Below, piece by piece: positions 23,401 to 33,678 of a DNA stretch of 64,000 nt (position 1 is its first letter; each line of letters starts with the position of its first letter). The DNA comes from Tortispora ganteri (lineage: Eukaryota). The translations under genes and the position numbers were made by a program. The DNA lies in the NCBI GenBank assembly GCA_003707115.1, contig PPNB01000007.1, positions 186,001 through 250,000 on the forward strand, written 5' to 3'. The notes below the pieces were generated by a model. The model saw only the letters and a program-made list of their open reading frames with translations. It had not been told where the DNA came from and made no database searches.

Positions 23401-23982
23401 ATTCCTGATTCTCTTGCAAACGAAACTGGAGTAGAAGTGTTAGTTCCTAAGAATGCTAATGTTGCTTTCTTCTTGGAGGAACTTGCGCGTCTTGTCAATC
23501 TTGAACTCAAGCAGGAAGAAGTGCTTCGAACTTATCTAGTGCACAAAGGCCACATTTTAGGACAGTTAGATGCAAATGCACATGTTGCAGATATTCATAA
23601 TGGTGAGATAATTTGCGTCGAGAAAATATCACAAGATGATATCGAAGCTAATGCTGACCATGCGGTAGTTGAAGTTATTCATTTCCAGAAGGATATTTCA
23701 CACCTGCACAGCGTCCCATTCTACTTTTCCGTGAAATGGAACGAAACGTTTTCTGATTTTAAATCTCGCTTAAAGAAAAAGCTTGGATATAAGGATGAGA
23801 CGTTCGAAAAAGTCAAGATTGCTTGTGTTGGTCTCAATCAGCAAGATAGTGTTGAGTACATTACCGACAGCGAAGCATTCCTCGGTGATATTTTGCGCCG
23901 TGGTGATATTATTGGATTGGATCACATTGATACTAGCAGTCGACGAAACCACGGTGAACGTGCCATTACTATTCGGAACTAA
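20497..23982 (+). CDS. UBP15: USP7-like ubiquitin-specific protease
   Basis: MATH domain (WRILLFPRGN, DWGF), Cys box NQGATCYLNS, His box GHYY, C-terminal GLDH. Confidence 0.96.
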   Translation: MTDAESLSDASSYTEVQSDDLQPQINTQQSPSSSNVALDASNFESVAESVFTSLNDDLEVETQGWFTWTIQKWSVLEDRVRSEPFECGGFDWRILLFPRGNHSNSDSCSLFLECTPHNQSPPSDEDADLSPAVEPYHACAQFGLVMWNPEHPTAHCSHSAYHRFNEAETDWGFAKFRNIRSLFSTTTDIAYPLVEHDSTNISAYIRIFKDETGVLWHNFINYDSRQVTGYVGLRNQGATCYLNSLVQSLYCTNAFRKAVYQIPTEDDEPVKSVPLALQRLFYQLQTSPYPVSTTELTKSFGWDTADAFTQHDVQELNRVLMDNLEGKMKGTPAEKALAGLFAGKMKSYIRCINVDFESSRTEEFWDIQLNVKGMKDLKQSFQDYVQVETLDGENQYQASEFGLQDAHKGVVFESFPPVLHLQLKRFEYDFMCDTMVKINDRHEFPLEIDLEEYLSDEADKSEPAVYCLHGVLVHSGDLNVGHYYTLIKPTVDGNWLKFDDDRVTKATIKEVLNDNYGGDVEDNSVITMTGQRQTNISRYIKRHSNAYMLVYLRKSRLQDILEPITEADVPAYIPELLEQQKRMEELRRKEREEQHLYMTVKVANIDTFRKYQGFDITSWTVDAEQTDMIDPEALPKTFRMLKTSTVAELKNKVSEVMGYNSPNEFMMWLFSNRMNKTARPDQPVPENTSLDIEQIRERKSSKCPDFRLWIDANPVVLEKFKNTVINPVTQPLSSDNSTAQGKAQKPGRPIFLLLKYFDVENQTLLGLTTASVDLSENISSLVPIAQNVLNFSSDVELKLYEEIKPDLIEELNFKNTFEAAELRNGDIITVAKSVPSVSVDKITGYKDAISFYRFLLSRTRIHFLPRFDDEMEEDMNEDEFSLVLSKRDDYSRLSEAVGHYLKVDPEYLRFTTCHPSGAPRSIVKYAPSASIASIFSQSYSATPNMLYYEVLPMPLKEMEQMISVPVIYIPDSLANETGVEVLVPKNANVAFFLEELARLVNLELKQEEVLRTYLVHKGHILGQLDANAHVADIHNGEIICVEKISQDDIEANADHAVVEVIHFQKDISHLHSVPFYFSVKWNETFSDFKSRLKKKLGYKDETFEKVKIACVGLNQQDSVEYITDSEAFLGDILRRGDIIGLDHIDTSSRRNHGERAITIRN

Positions 23983-24091
23983 AATTTACAACATACACGA
24001 ATTATTATATTGCTTAGGCTACAAGATCTTGTGGGTCATTATTGATGTAGAACTTACTAGATATGGAGCCAGTGTATTAGGAGTTTAAGAT

Positions 24092-25451
24092 CTATTCCAC
24101 TTCGTCGGAGGAGATATCAACAGTATCAATGCCAACAATAGAATCCGAGATTTTCCAAATCTGAATTAAATTGTCTTCAGCTACAGAGGCGATTGTCCAG
24201 GGTATAAAAGGATTCCATGAGAAATCAGCAATCTGATTTGTATGCCCTCCATGCATAAAAAGAAGTTCTGGTGGTCCATCCTCAGCATCCTCAGGAGTTT
24301 GTTCTTCGCCTATTCGTGAAATATCCCAAATAATAATCCTTCTGTCACTGGAGCCAGAAGCTAGTACACTCTCGTAGTGTGGAGACCATGCAATCGATGT
24401 GATATCTCCAGAGTGCCCCTGAAGTACATGTAACGGTGCGGTTAACTTGCGCATATCCCATAAGGCAACCGTATTGTCAGCAGATCCTGTAGCCAGTATT
24501 CTTTCGTGTTTCGGGTTGAAAGCTAAAGTATTGACTGCTTGATCATGAGCAAAAACACTAAAGACAGGTTTGTAAGCCGTATTCGATGAGCGTATATCAT
24601 GAATTTGAAGGTGTAAATCATCCGAAACTGATCCAAATACGGATTCGTGGAACGGATGCCACCTGGCGTCATTCACTATCGCAGAATGGGACTCAAAGAC
24701 ACGAACAGGAGACATTGCCTCTTTTTTCTTTTCATAAGATGTGATATCCCAGTAAGCTACAGTAGAGTCGTTAGAACCCGTTAACAAACTTCCTTCTTTC
24801 AGCGGAGACCAAGATAAACCAAATCCTTCGGCTTTATGGTGTTTAAGTCTTATTTCCGGTTCGCAGGTTCCAGATGGAGTTATGGAATGCTTCTTGCGAT
24901 CATAAATTAGGACATCGCCAGTAGTAGCCCAGGCAGCAATTATATCAGGATTTTGGGGCATGTATCGAGCCTTGTTGGCTTCAGTTTCATGGTCGATTCG
25001 CTGAATAATTTTGAGCTTGACATCTTCGTTTGAGAAATCGCCGTATTCTTTTTTGTCTTCGTTGTATTTTAGAGCATTGGCTGATTTATCTAGCTCGGGA
25101 AGGTTCACAGAGGCAATATTCACGTACTCAGAACTATTACCAGATGTATAAGTGCCTAATAGCAATCTCTGCTGAGACAGCTTTGAGCCAGGTACAAGTT
25201 CGCGATCAGGAAACCACTCGACAGTTAAGGTAGGCCATTTCAAAGCAGAAGATATCACTATATCGTACATAAAAGGTGAGTTTTTTTTCCATATCTTGTA
25301 TTCTTCATTGATAGCCTTTTCGCGCTCCTGAATATCGACGGATTCCGGGTTAAGACCCACTTCCGCTCCATTTTCTCACAGTTAGTGCTATTATACTAAA
25401 AATTCATATTGTTATATATCACATACCTTCAGATTGTACAATTTCAGCCAT
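24092..25451 (-). CDS. HAT2: RbAp48/Hat2/Msi1 WD40 histone chaperone, two exons (25451-25427; about 25374-24092)
   Basis: INEEYKIWKKNSPFMYD, WPTLTVEW, WD40 repeats, DAEDGPPELLFMHGGH. Intron has a GTATGT donor at 25426 and a CACTAAC branch point at 25387-25381. Confidence 0.9.
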
Positions 25452-25545
25452 AGTGATCACAGATGTCGCTTATAATTATGAAGTGCTAGAAGTAAAGCGC
25501 GTCGTCGAGAAACCGAGCTAAAGCGTAGGCATTCGAATACATATG

Positions 25546-25553
25546 CCGGGTAA
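25546..25553. promoter_or_regulatory. Reb1-type site (CCGGGTAA) in the HAT2/GCD14 divergent promoter
   Basis: Exact match to the Reb1 consensus TTACCCGG. The same octamer occurs in promoters at 28830 and 51538. Confidence 0.6.
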
Positions 25554-25697
25554 CCTTTACTTTTTTATCTGGGTTAGGGATGTTTGTTATTAAATAAAAC
25601 ACCGAAGGGAGTATGAAAAAGTGACAGAAAATCTCATCAAAAGGTTCAACTGAATTATTTTATATTTAAAGATTGCAGCTTGTTAGCAAGATAAAAC

Positions 25698-26756
25698 ATG
25701 GGATTCCTAGATCTACCTAATGTGATTTCTGAGGGTGATCTTGTGATGGTGAGATTGGGCAAATCTCAGTTTAAACCGGTGACTATGCAATCCGGCGAGA
25801 CACTTCACACTAGATACGGATCCTATCCTCACAATGACATAATCGGGAAGGCGTACGGATCACAGATTCCGGCTATGGGTGATAAAGGGTTTGTACACGT
25901 TCTTGCGCCTACTCCTGAACTATGGACGCTTTCTTTACCTCACAGGACCCAAATCGTTTACACTCCAGACGCGAGTTATATTGTGCAACGATTAGAAATT
26001 CGACCCGGATCCAAAGTTATTGAAGCTGGTACAGGGTCTGGTTCGTTTACCCATGCATTGGGTAGAACTGTTGGTAAGTCTGGTGATGTTTGGACTTTTG
26101 AATTCCATGAGGTGCGATGGGAAGCAGCTAAAGTAGAATTAGAACAACACGGTTACAAGGACATTATCCACTCGTTTTATCGAGACGTTTGTTCTGATGG
26201 ATTTCAGCCTGCAAGCGGAGTGCATGCTGTATTTCTCGATCTGCCTAAACCGTGGCTAGCTATCCCATGTCTACCGCAATACCTCGAATTAGGAGGAATT
26301 AGCAGGATATGCTGTTTCTCGCCGTGTGTGGAACAAGTCATTGAAACGATCAAAACATTGAAGGCGTGTTCCTGGACGCAAATAGAAACAGTCGAAGTCA
26401 ACTGTCGCGAATGGATTGTGCGAAAAGAGATGCGACGTACATTAGACGATGTACTTAAGCGGCAGATATCTTTTCGTGAACGGCGATCTGCAATTCAACA
26501 ACGGAAAAGAAAACTGGAAGAACTGGAGAAGCAAGACGATGATGATGATTCTTCTGCGGTAGACTCTCCGCCAATCAAGAATAACGTACCTTACGTGGAC
26601 TTATACAACCCCTGGGGCAAAGGTGAGCGTATTGGCAAAGGCGATGACCGCTTTGAGTGGGATATATTCAGTGCGGGTGAGAGAGACATCAAGTCACATA
26701 CATCGTTTTTAACATTCGCAGTGCTGGCACCTGCCCCACCCAAAATGAAAACATAG
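25698..26756 (+). CDS. GCD14: tRNA m1A58 methyltransferase catalytic subunit (Trm61)
   Basis: PTPELWTLSLPHRTQIVY, EAGTGSGS, FLDLPKPW, FSPCVEQV, HTSFLTFA. Confidence 0.96.
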   Translation: MGFLDLPNVISEGDLVMVRLGKSQFKPVTMQSGETLHTRYGSYPHNDIIGKAYGSQIPAMGDKGFVHVLAPTPELWTLSLPHRTQIVYTPDASYIVQRLEIRPGSKVIEAGTGSGSFTHALGRTVGKSGDVWTFEFHEVRWEAAKVELEQHGYKDIIHSFYRDVCSDGFQPASGVHAVFLDLPKPWLAIPCLPQYLELGGISRICCFSPCVEQVIETIKTLKACSWTQIETVEVNCREWIVRKEMRRTLDDVLKRQISFRERRSAIQQRKRKLEELEKQDDDDDSSAVDSPPIKNNVPYVDLYNPWGKGERIGKGDDRFEWDIFSAGERDIKSHTSFLTFAVLAPAPPKMKT

Positions 26757-26839
26757 ATGACCATTGGTTCCGCTAAACTTGTGATGACCGTTACGTTAAA
26801 CCGAATAAGAATAGTTACTATTCATGAGTAGTCCTTAAA

Positions 26840-27223
26840 CTATTTCAGTTCTAGATTTGTGAGGTTCTCTGTCAGCGATTGTGTAGAATGTGTAGTTTCA
26901 GCTTTGGCGACCACCGTCTCATAAAGCCGCACATTGCTATCTAAGTATCCTGGAGCTATAGCACGTTTACGTAGAAGATCTTTAGCAGCAACTTCAGATT
27001 TCCACCGTGTAAATGCGTCTTTGTACGCTGCTTTAAGCCTAGTGATTTCCTTTAATTGTCCTTCTGCAGCCAATGTCGCTTCATGAGCTTCCTGGCCCAG
27101 AGGTGCAGGAACAGAAGACAACGGTAAATAATTGAAGGGCAGAGTTGCAGCCGCAGGACCAGTTGCAGCTGGGGTAAGGATCAATGGAACCTGGGATAAC
27201 GTGATATCGGTGAGTTTCGGCAT
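26840..27223 (-). CDS. Small hypothetical protein
   Basis: 127-aa ATG-initiated ORF that fills the gap between genes; Pro-rich N-terminus, helical segment, RAIAPGYLDS motif. Confidence 0.65.
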   Translation of the reverse strand: MPKLTDITLSQVPLILTPAATGPAAATLPFNYLPLSSVPAPLGQEAHEATLAAEGQLKEITRLKAAYKDAFTRWKSEVAAKDLLRKRAIAPGYLDSNVRLYETVVAKAETTHSTQSLTENLTNLELK

Positions 27224-27424
27224 GGACGCTGACAGATCTAAAGTGTAATGTCGAAAGGCTAGTAAGGGAGAGGGGGTTATTGGTTACCAATGTTGCCTAG
27301 ATTGGTATTGGTATGTACAATTAGTGGGAATCATTGATGTATAAAAACGCATATATAATAATAATTAAGTCTAAAAACTATGAAAGAAAAGAAAAACAGA
27401 AACTTAAAAACTGTAGTCTAAATT

Positions 27425-28018
27425 TTAGGCAGGAAAGACGTTGTAGCTATATTGGCCAGCAATATTACCCTTAGCTTCGTAGTAGCAAAACGTGACTCCA
27501 GAGTCTCGGTTCCTGCAAGTATTTGTAGCACATCCAATGTGGGTACTACCAGCCCACAGCATTTGAGTGAAGTTTTGGTGATTAACTGCGACAACACGCT
27601 CATGGGCGTATACATAAGTGAGTCCTTCTCTTTCCCATTCAGCGACTGCCTCGTAAAGACCGCCATGGACAAAAGCGTAGGAAAAGCCATAGATATCATT
27701 GTAGCCAGAAGAAGCTTCACAGCAAGCTACAGCAACTTTAGCATAGTCAGCAAGAGTCTCATTCCATACCAGATCATGGACATGGTGCTGTCTACGGATG
27801 GTATTCAGATACTCCAAAGCAGTAGTGTTGTAAGCGCTCACTGCAGTTCCAGCACCATGTATTTCACAGGCGTTAGGAGCAGCAGCTGAAGAATTATAGT
27901 AATTATTGGGGTAATAATTAGGATCGGGATCTGTATAATGATTGGTACCATTTTGGCGTTTTTCGATATAATAAGCCGAAACAGTAGAAGCGGCAAGAAT
28001 GATGGAGGAGAACTTCAT
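27425..28018 (-). CDS. Secreted CAP/SCP/PR-1 (Pry-like) protein
   Basis: Signal peptide MKFSSIILAA, Kex2-type KR site, LN..R..H....LVWN..LA, FTQMLW, IGCA, C.Y...GN. Confidence 0.85.
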   Translation of the reverse strand: MKFSSIILAASTVSAYYIEKRQNGTNHYTDPDPNYYPNNYYNSSAAAPNACEIHGAGTAVSAYNTTALEYLNTIRRQHHVHDLVWNETLADYAKVAVACCEASSGYNDIYGFSYAFVHGGLYEAVAEWEREGLTYVYAHERVVAVNHQNFTQMLWAGSTHIGCATNTCRNRDSGVTFCYYEAKGNIAGQYSYNVFPA

Positions 28019-28829
28019 GTTTTTGGGTTTTTAATTTGAACCGGATATAGTGCTCACAAGGTAAATCAATGAGATTAAATAATCAGAGATGACCATTAAA
28101 AATCAGAAAATGCACTTCTATTTATATTCGTCGTCCTTTACCATGAAACAAACGAACTAAGACGGCTCTATAATTTCCATGCGGCATGATTCCTTTCTCA
28201 AATAGCAGATGTCTAGACAAATATTCCTCTGAGTTAAGGGGTCTATTCAAATTCGTGGCATTCCAAACAGAAACTCCGGAGGCCCTGTAAGTTTAGGAGA
28301 TGCTAATATCCTATGGAAGGGCACCAAAGAGCGCTGACGCGGACCAAAATTAATAAAATGGACCCTTATTTCCTTTCCGACACGCTTCCAGACCCAAATT
28401 TTCTGACGTGTCTGAAATTCTCACAATGAAAAAATCGTCCTGCAGAACATATTCCACGTCCTTTGTCAAGGCCTGGAATATCGCTATAAATGCGTTTGCG
28501 GGTCCCTTAACAGTTGTCAAGTTTCATGATAACTTTGAACCCGTAATGTAAATCTTCTCTAATGAATTTCGATCAATTTCACAATTAAGGCTGAGTAATC
28601 AATACTTCAGCAACATAGGCACCTCGTATAAGCTGAATTCATTAGAGTGTTGAATCAGCGATAATGCACTAAATGTCCGTATTTTCCCATGGCTCCCAGT
28701 GTTTTTATTCATCTGTCGCGATTTTCGAGCAGGTCTAAGTTAAACCCATTTCTACCAAAGGTGTTTCGCTGCGAGAATTGCAAAAGTTGCACATGCACGG
28801 TGTGCCATTTTCTATGAGGAACTGAAATG

Positions 28830-28837
28830 CCGGGTAA
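28830..28837. promoter_or_regulatory. Reb1-type site (CCGGGTAA) upstream of the PKP2-like gene
   Basis: Exact consensus about 70 bp upstream of the ATG at 28909. Confidence 0.55.
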
Positions 28838-28908
28838 GTTGACTCATTTGCATTGGAACCGCTAGTCTATCAATCTCCTCCCCCAGCTCGTTCAACTGGG
28901 AAACGACA

Positions 28909-30363
28909 ATGTTGAGATTGTCGACACAGCTAATTGTGAAGGCTCCGATTAATAGAAGTTATATAAGATGCTTTTCTTCAGTTAAAGAAGGCCAAAAGCT
29001 TGATTTAGGAAGCTGGGCCAAAGCTGAAAGGATCATAGAAAGCTCTACTAATTCGCCAATTACAAGAACTCGCTCTACCTTCATAAATTCTAGGCACTTT
29101 TATCAGAATACCGTCATTGTCAGCTACGCAAATAGAGAACAACATCCAGTTTCTTTAAGGCAGTTGTCTTTCTTTGGTAGAAGATTGACTAAGGATCGCA
29201 TAATCACCTCCGCAAACTTCGTGCAAACAGAACTTCCTACACGATTGGCCCATCGTATTTACAACATTCAACAGCTACCGTTCTATATAATGTGTAATCC
29301 CCGCTTGTCTTTTGTTTACGAGCTCTACTATAAAGCATTTGACAAATTCAGGAGGTTCAAAAAGATACAGACACTGGAAGATAACGAAGAGTTCTGTCAC
29401 CTAGTTGCAAGCCTTCTCGACGACCATCAGCGAATTATCCCAAACTTAATAATTGGCTCAATTGAAGCATGTAACGAAAACGCAGCCTCTGATGCAAGCC
29501 GTATTGACGATTTTATTAACATTATGCTGCGCAGTCGCATATCCAGAAGGGTAATAGCGGAACAACACCTTACTTTAACGGCTAACTATGCATCAAGAAC
29601 TGATGGACACCATGACCTACCAGACTACCTTAATAAAGTCATTGGAAATGTCAACGCTAGCGAGGTTATTCGACGGTGCGCGGATCTGACCTCTGATCTT
29701 ATTAAGCAGTTTTATCCTGACCAGGAAGTCCCAGAAATTATCATCGAGGGTCATCTTGACACTGTTTTCCCCTATACTGTTTCCCACTTCAAGTACATAA
29801 TATGCGAACTTTTGCGAAATGCAATACAATCAACATTGACTCAACCTACTGTTAATCCAATCAAAGTATCGGTCTATAATACTTCTGAAACTGTTATAAT
29901 CCGTGTCAGTGATCAAGGAGGTGGTATACCTCAATCTACTATGAATTCTATTTGGTCCTTTGTCAAAGATGGCAACAGAGAGGACCTTGTTGCTCGCCTT
30001 CAAAGCCTAAGGAAAATACCGCGGCTTTCAGCACGGGCTGAAGAAGTTATACTTTCTTCTAACGACTCTCCGGCATATCCTTCCACAATTTCCTCGGAAT
30101 GGTCTCATTTTGACACTTCTTCTGGTATTTCAATGGATGAAATGCCAGCCACTTCTAAGAGGTCTCAATCAAGCTTATCTCAATTCACCACGCGAAGTCC
30201 TGAAATACGTTTAGGTATTGGACTTCCTATGTCTCGAGTATATGCCGAATACTGGGGTGGTTCTCTAGATCTCACATCAATTGAAGGTTATGGAACAGAC
30301 GTAGTTCTCCAAATTTCTAATATTGGAAACAAGAGCGAGCGTCTACAGCTAGATGCTGTTTGA
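28909..30363 (+). CDS. PKP2: Mitochondrial PDK/BCKDK-family protein kinase
   Basis: Presequence, VSLRQL..FG, ELPTRLAHRI, ELLRNA, SDQGGGI, G.GLPMSRVYAEYWGG, GYGTD. Confidence 0.88.
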   Translation: MLRLSTQLIVKAPINRSYIRCFSSVKEGQKLDLGSWAKAERIIESSTNSPITRTRSTFINSRHFYQNTVIVSYANREQHPVSLRQLSFFGRRLTKDRIITSANFVQTELPTRLAHRIYNIQQLPFYIMCNPRLSFVYELYYKAFDKFRRFKKIQTLEDNEEFCHLVASLLDDHQRIIPNLIIGSIEACNENAASDASRIDDFINIMLRSRISRRVIAEQHLTLTANYASRTDGHHDLPDYLNKVIGNVNASEVIRRCADLTSDLIKQFYPDQEVPEIIIEGHLDTVFPYTVSHFKYIICELLRNAIQSTLTQPTVNPIKVSVYNTSETVIIRVSDQGGGIPQSTMNSIWSFVKDGNREDLVARLQSLRKIPRLSARAEEVILSSNDSPAYPSTISSEWSHFDTSSGISMDEMPATSKRSQSSLSQFTTRSPEIRLGIGLPMSRVYAEYWGGSLDLTSIEGYGTDVVLQISNIGNKSERLQLDAV

Positions 30364-30703
30364 TGCTTGGACTTGAAAGGTATACACACAACTAATTTTT
30401 ATAAGTTTTATCGACAAGGAAAAGAATACAGTGGAGAGTATGCTCAAATGCCCATTTCTTACTACTCCAGGCTGATTCTATCTCTTTTATCAATCTTCTA
30501 TGTCTAATGACAATCAAAATCAAAATTTTTATTTGAGAATTACCAATCGATGTAATAATACTGAACAAATAGTATAATGTCTCATTAATACTTATTTTCT
30601 TCTGACCTAAAATTGATTTGCAGCCGTCCTTTCCTGGAGCGCATTGGTCCCAAGATAATCCCACTAAACCTAATACCTTCTCGATTCTGCACCAAAACGA
30701 GAA

Positions 30704-32146
30704 ATGTCATCAATAGCATCGTTTTTGCCTCCGCCAAAGCATGAAGCCAAATCTGAATCAACAGCTACAGCCTATTCAAGTCTAAGCATTTTGAATAGTA
30801 GCATCACAGCTCCCAAAACTGTACCTGGAAGCAATGCACTTGTTCCTAGCTCGGATGAAAGAGGACAAATTAATTACGGGGAACTCGCAAAACATGGGTC
30901 TGGGTCCAATATGGCGCAAAGTCGGTTGGTACAAACATCAGCTGAAGATATGATACCCTTAAGACAACGGGCTAATATAGGCAAGATTAATCTAGATCGT
31001 CCTGATCAGCAGACTATTGATTCTACAGTTACGAAAACTCAAGAAGCTCTACAGAATATCATGACAGCTAAAAAGGATGCAACTAAAGCTGTAAGTGACT
31101 ATTCTAAATCTGTCAAACCGGTGTATATTCGATATACTCCTAGTTCTAGATTTAATCAACCTCCTGCTAAAGAAAGGCTGGTACAAATCATTGAGAAGGC
31201 GATGGATCCAATGGAACCGTCGAGGTTAAAGGTTTCCAAAATACCTAGACGACCTCCGTCGCCGCCTGCACCTGTACTGCGCGAACCTCCAAAACCAGTA
31301 ACTGCAGAAGAAAGAGCCAACTGGTATGTGCCTCCAAGCGTATCCAACTGGAAAAATCCTAAAGGGTACACTATTACGTTAGATAAGCGAGTGGCTGCTA
31401 ACGGTTACGGAGACAAGGAGGATATAGAAATTAACGAAAAGTTTGTTGACCTATCTGCCGCACTTGAATTAGCGGACCAAAAAGCGCGCGAAGAAGTTTC
31501 TGAAAGATCTAAAGCTCGACGTGAGGCAGCTGAGCAAGAGCGAAAAGAAAAAGATGCGCGGTTGCGGGAACTTGCATCGCAGGCACGCAAAGCACAATAC
31601 TCTAAATATACTAAGCACGCAGAATATAGCGATGAAGATACTGATGATCGCAAGAGAATACGTCAACGAAGATACTCGGATGACTCGGATGATGAACATG
31701 CTGCACAACACAGGCGCAAAGAGCGTCAAAATCAAATACTAATGGCAGAGAGGGCAATGAGACTCTCTAAGATGAATGACCAAAACAAAGCGAAACTACT
31801 CATGGCTGATGAAGATAGGGATATCTCAGAAAAGGTTGCGCTTGGCGTTTCCTTAACCACTAAATTATCTGGGGAAGATATCTTTGATTCACGTCTGTTC
31901 AATAAAGATGCTAACATCTCAAATTTCAACGAAGATCAGGTGTATGATCAACCATTGTTTGCACGTCAGGAAGCATTACGGAATTTATATCGCGCTCCTG
32001 TAATGCAAACATCTGCTGCGGCAACTGCAGAGGAAGAAGTGTCTCTAATAAAGAATGAACGAATATTTGATGAATTATCCAGTTCTAAAGCTTTTGAAGG
32101 TGGAGAAACTCATGAAGGACCAGTTTCTTTTAAGAAAGATGAATAA
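30704..32146 (+). CDS. PRP45: SKIP/SNW splicing factor
   Basis: DPMEP, PPSPPAPVL, W.VPPSVSNWKNPKGYTI.LDKR, RDISEKVALG, DSRLFN. Confidence 0.95.
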   Translation: MSSIASFLPPPKHEAKSESTATAYSSLSILNSSITAPKTVPGSNALVPSSDERGQINYGELAKHGSGSNMAQSRLVQTSAEDMIPLRQRANIGKINLDRPDQQTIDSTVTKTQEALQNIMTAKKDATKAVSDYSKSVKPVYIRYTPSSRFNQPPAKERLVQIIEKAMDPMEPSRLKVSKIPRRPPSPPAPVLREPPKPVTAEERANWYVPPSVSNWKNPKGYTITLDKRVAANGYGDKEDIEINEKFVDLSAALELADQKAREEVSERSKARREAAEQERKEKDARLRELASQARKAQYSKYTKHAEYSDEDTDDRKRIRQRRYSDDSDDEHAAQHRRKERQNQILMAERAMRLSKMNDQNKAKLLMADEDRDISEKVALGVSLTTKLSGEDIFDSRLFNKDANISNFNEDQVYDQPLFARQEALRNLYRAPVMQTSAAATAEEEVSLIKNERIFDELSSSKAFEGGETHEGPVSFKKDE

Positions 32147-32238
32147 TGACTTTAACTGGATGCATCTACAAACCTTTTAGATCTAACTTATGTGTATTCT
32201 ATCAGCGTTTATATGATATTTTATCATGTCGAGAATCG

Positions 32239-32742
32239 TTAACCGTAGTACTGTTCCTTTTTTTGCAGCGCTTCAGCCTTTCTGAGATTATTTATTTCTT
32301 GCTTAACTTCCGGTCCGGGATTATCGTGAAAAGGGTGGCTTAATGGTTCAGATCGAGCTTTCCAAACATCCTCACTAGAACCTTGAGCCATTTTTTTGGC
32401 TGTTTCCTTCATATAGCGTTCCTGTATACGCAATGCACGCTCATCTGGTGAGTACCATTTCGTACTCAGACAAAATTGCAGTTGCTTAAGCTTCGGTCCG
32501 CAATCTGCAGTTTCACCATATCTATATATATTCTTCGCCATGAACCCCGGGCTATAACAGGCAAAAAGCCTGTTAAATGCATCGCTGCAACTCATCTCTG
32601 TAGGGAATGAAGAGTGCTTTATCAACTCTTTCCGGCGCTTGATTTGCTCTTCTGTAGCTAAATCATGTTGCAAAACTTCTTCAATCTCTCGTAACCACGC
32701 ATCATCCTGCTTGCCTTCGGTAAGCTCGACAGGTTTGCCCAT
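32239..32742 (-). CDS. EMI1: Emi1-like protein
   Basis: MSC..AF..L..CYS, YRYGE...C, FCL, SSEDVW.AR. First ATG at 32742. Confidence 0.8.
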   Translation of the reverse strand: MGKPVELTEGKQDDAWLREIEEVLQHDLATEEQIKRRKELIKHSSFPTEMSCSDAFNRLFACYSPGFMAKNIYRYGETADCGPKLKQLQFCLSTKWYSPDERALRIQERYMKETAKKMAQGSSEDVWKARSEPLSHPFHDNPGPEVKQEINNLRKAEALQKKEQYYG

Positions 32743-32851
32743 AGCACCTCTTTTCGAATTTATTAGAGCAAACAAGTTCAGGCCAGATGTTAGATCCCGC
32801 TAGTAGTGGGAGGGGAGGGTCTCGAGAGCCACATCCCAGAATTCGTTCACT

Positions 32852-33616
32852 ATGACCACAGAAACGTCAATAGAAGATAACATTGAGGCACAACTGCCAT
32901 TCCCGGAACCGATTGATAAAGTCGCTTTTGCAGCAAAAGAGGAGTTTGACGTTGAAAAGTTTTTATTGAGTCAGAGCGGGCACCAAACATTACAAGACAT
33001 CAAAGATCAGCTAAAAGCTCTTCAATTAGAAGTTAGTGAGCATCTGGCAAATGTAGTAAATGCATCCGCCCCGGAATTTGTTCAATTAGGTTACGAAATA
33101 GAACGGGAAAATCTAGAAAGACTTTTAGGTGACTCACGACTTGATTTGCTATCGTTGCAGCAAGAGCTTAAGGACATATCACGGTCTCTAAAAGCTGAAC
33201 GCTCATTGCTGGATAAATCTATAAATATTGAAAATGCGAGCCAAAAGGAACAGATAGAACGTGCTAGTATATCTGAAATAGTGGAAATATCTACTGCACT
33301 CGCTATCATGTGCAAATCTTTACAAACTGATGCGGAAATAATTGAGTTGGTGCCAGAATTCGATAACATTCGCAGATTGATTGCCCTCAAATTTGAGGTA
33401 CTCCATAAGGGTATTGAAAAAATACCAAATACTGTTCAAGGAATACTACCACATCTTGAATTTGTTCAGAACACTATTCTAGCCTCAATTGCCAATATAC
33501 TGATGTCTGCTCGTCAGGTCGCCGACGTAGACATGATAACTTTCTGTTTAAAGCAATACAGAATCTTGGGAATGGAAAAGGTGGGGCGTAAAGAATTACA
33601 AAAGAAACTATTATGA
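32852..33616 (+). CDS. COG2: Conserved oligomeric Golgi complex subunit 2 (short, yeast-type)
   Basis: FDVEKFL...HQTL.DI...L......L...VN....EFV.LG resembles the COG2 N-terminal domain; coiled-coil follows. Confidence 0.7.
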   Translation: MTTETSIEDNIEAQLPFPEPIDKVAFAAKEEFDVEKFLLSQSGHQTLQDIKDQLKALQLEVSEHLANVVNASAPEFVQLGYEIERENLERLLGDSRLDLLSLQQELKDISRSLKAERSLLDKSINIENASQKEQIERASISEIVEISTALAIMCKSLQTDAEIIELVPEFDNIRRLIALKFEVLHKGIEKIPNTVQGILPHLEFVQNTILASIANILMSARQVADVDMITFCLKQYRILGMEKVGRKELQKKLL

Positions 33617-33678
33617 TAAGCTAGACTTAAATATTCAAATAAATCTAATATTTGATATCATAGATTCTAAAAAGAAAT

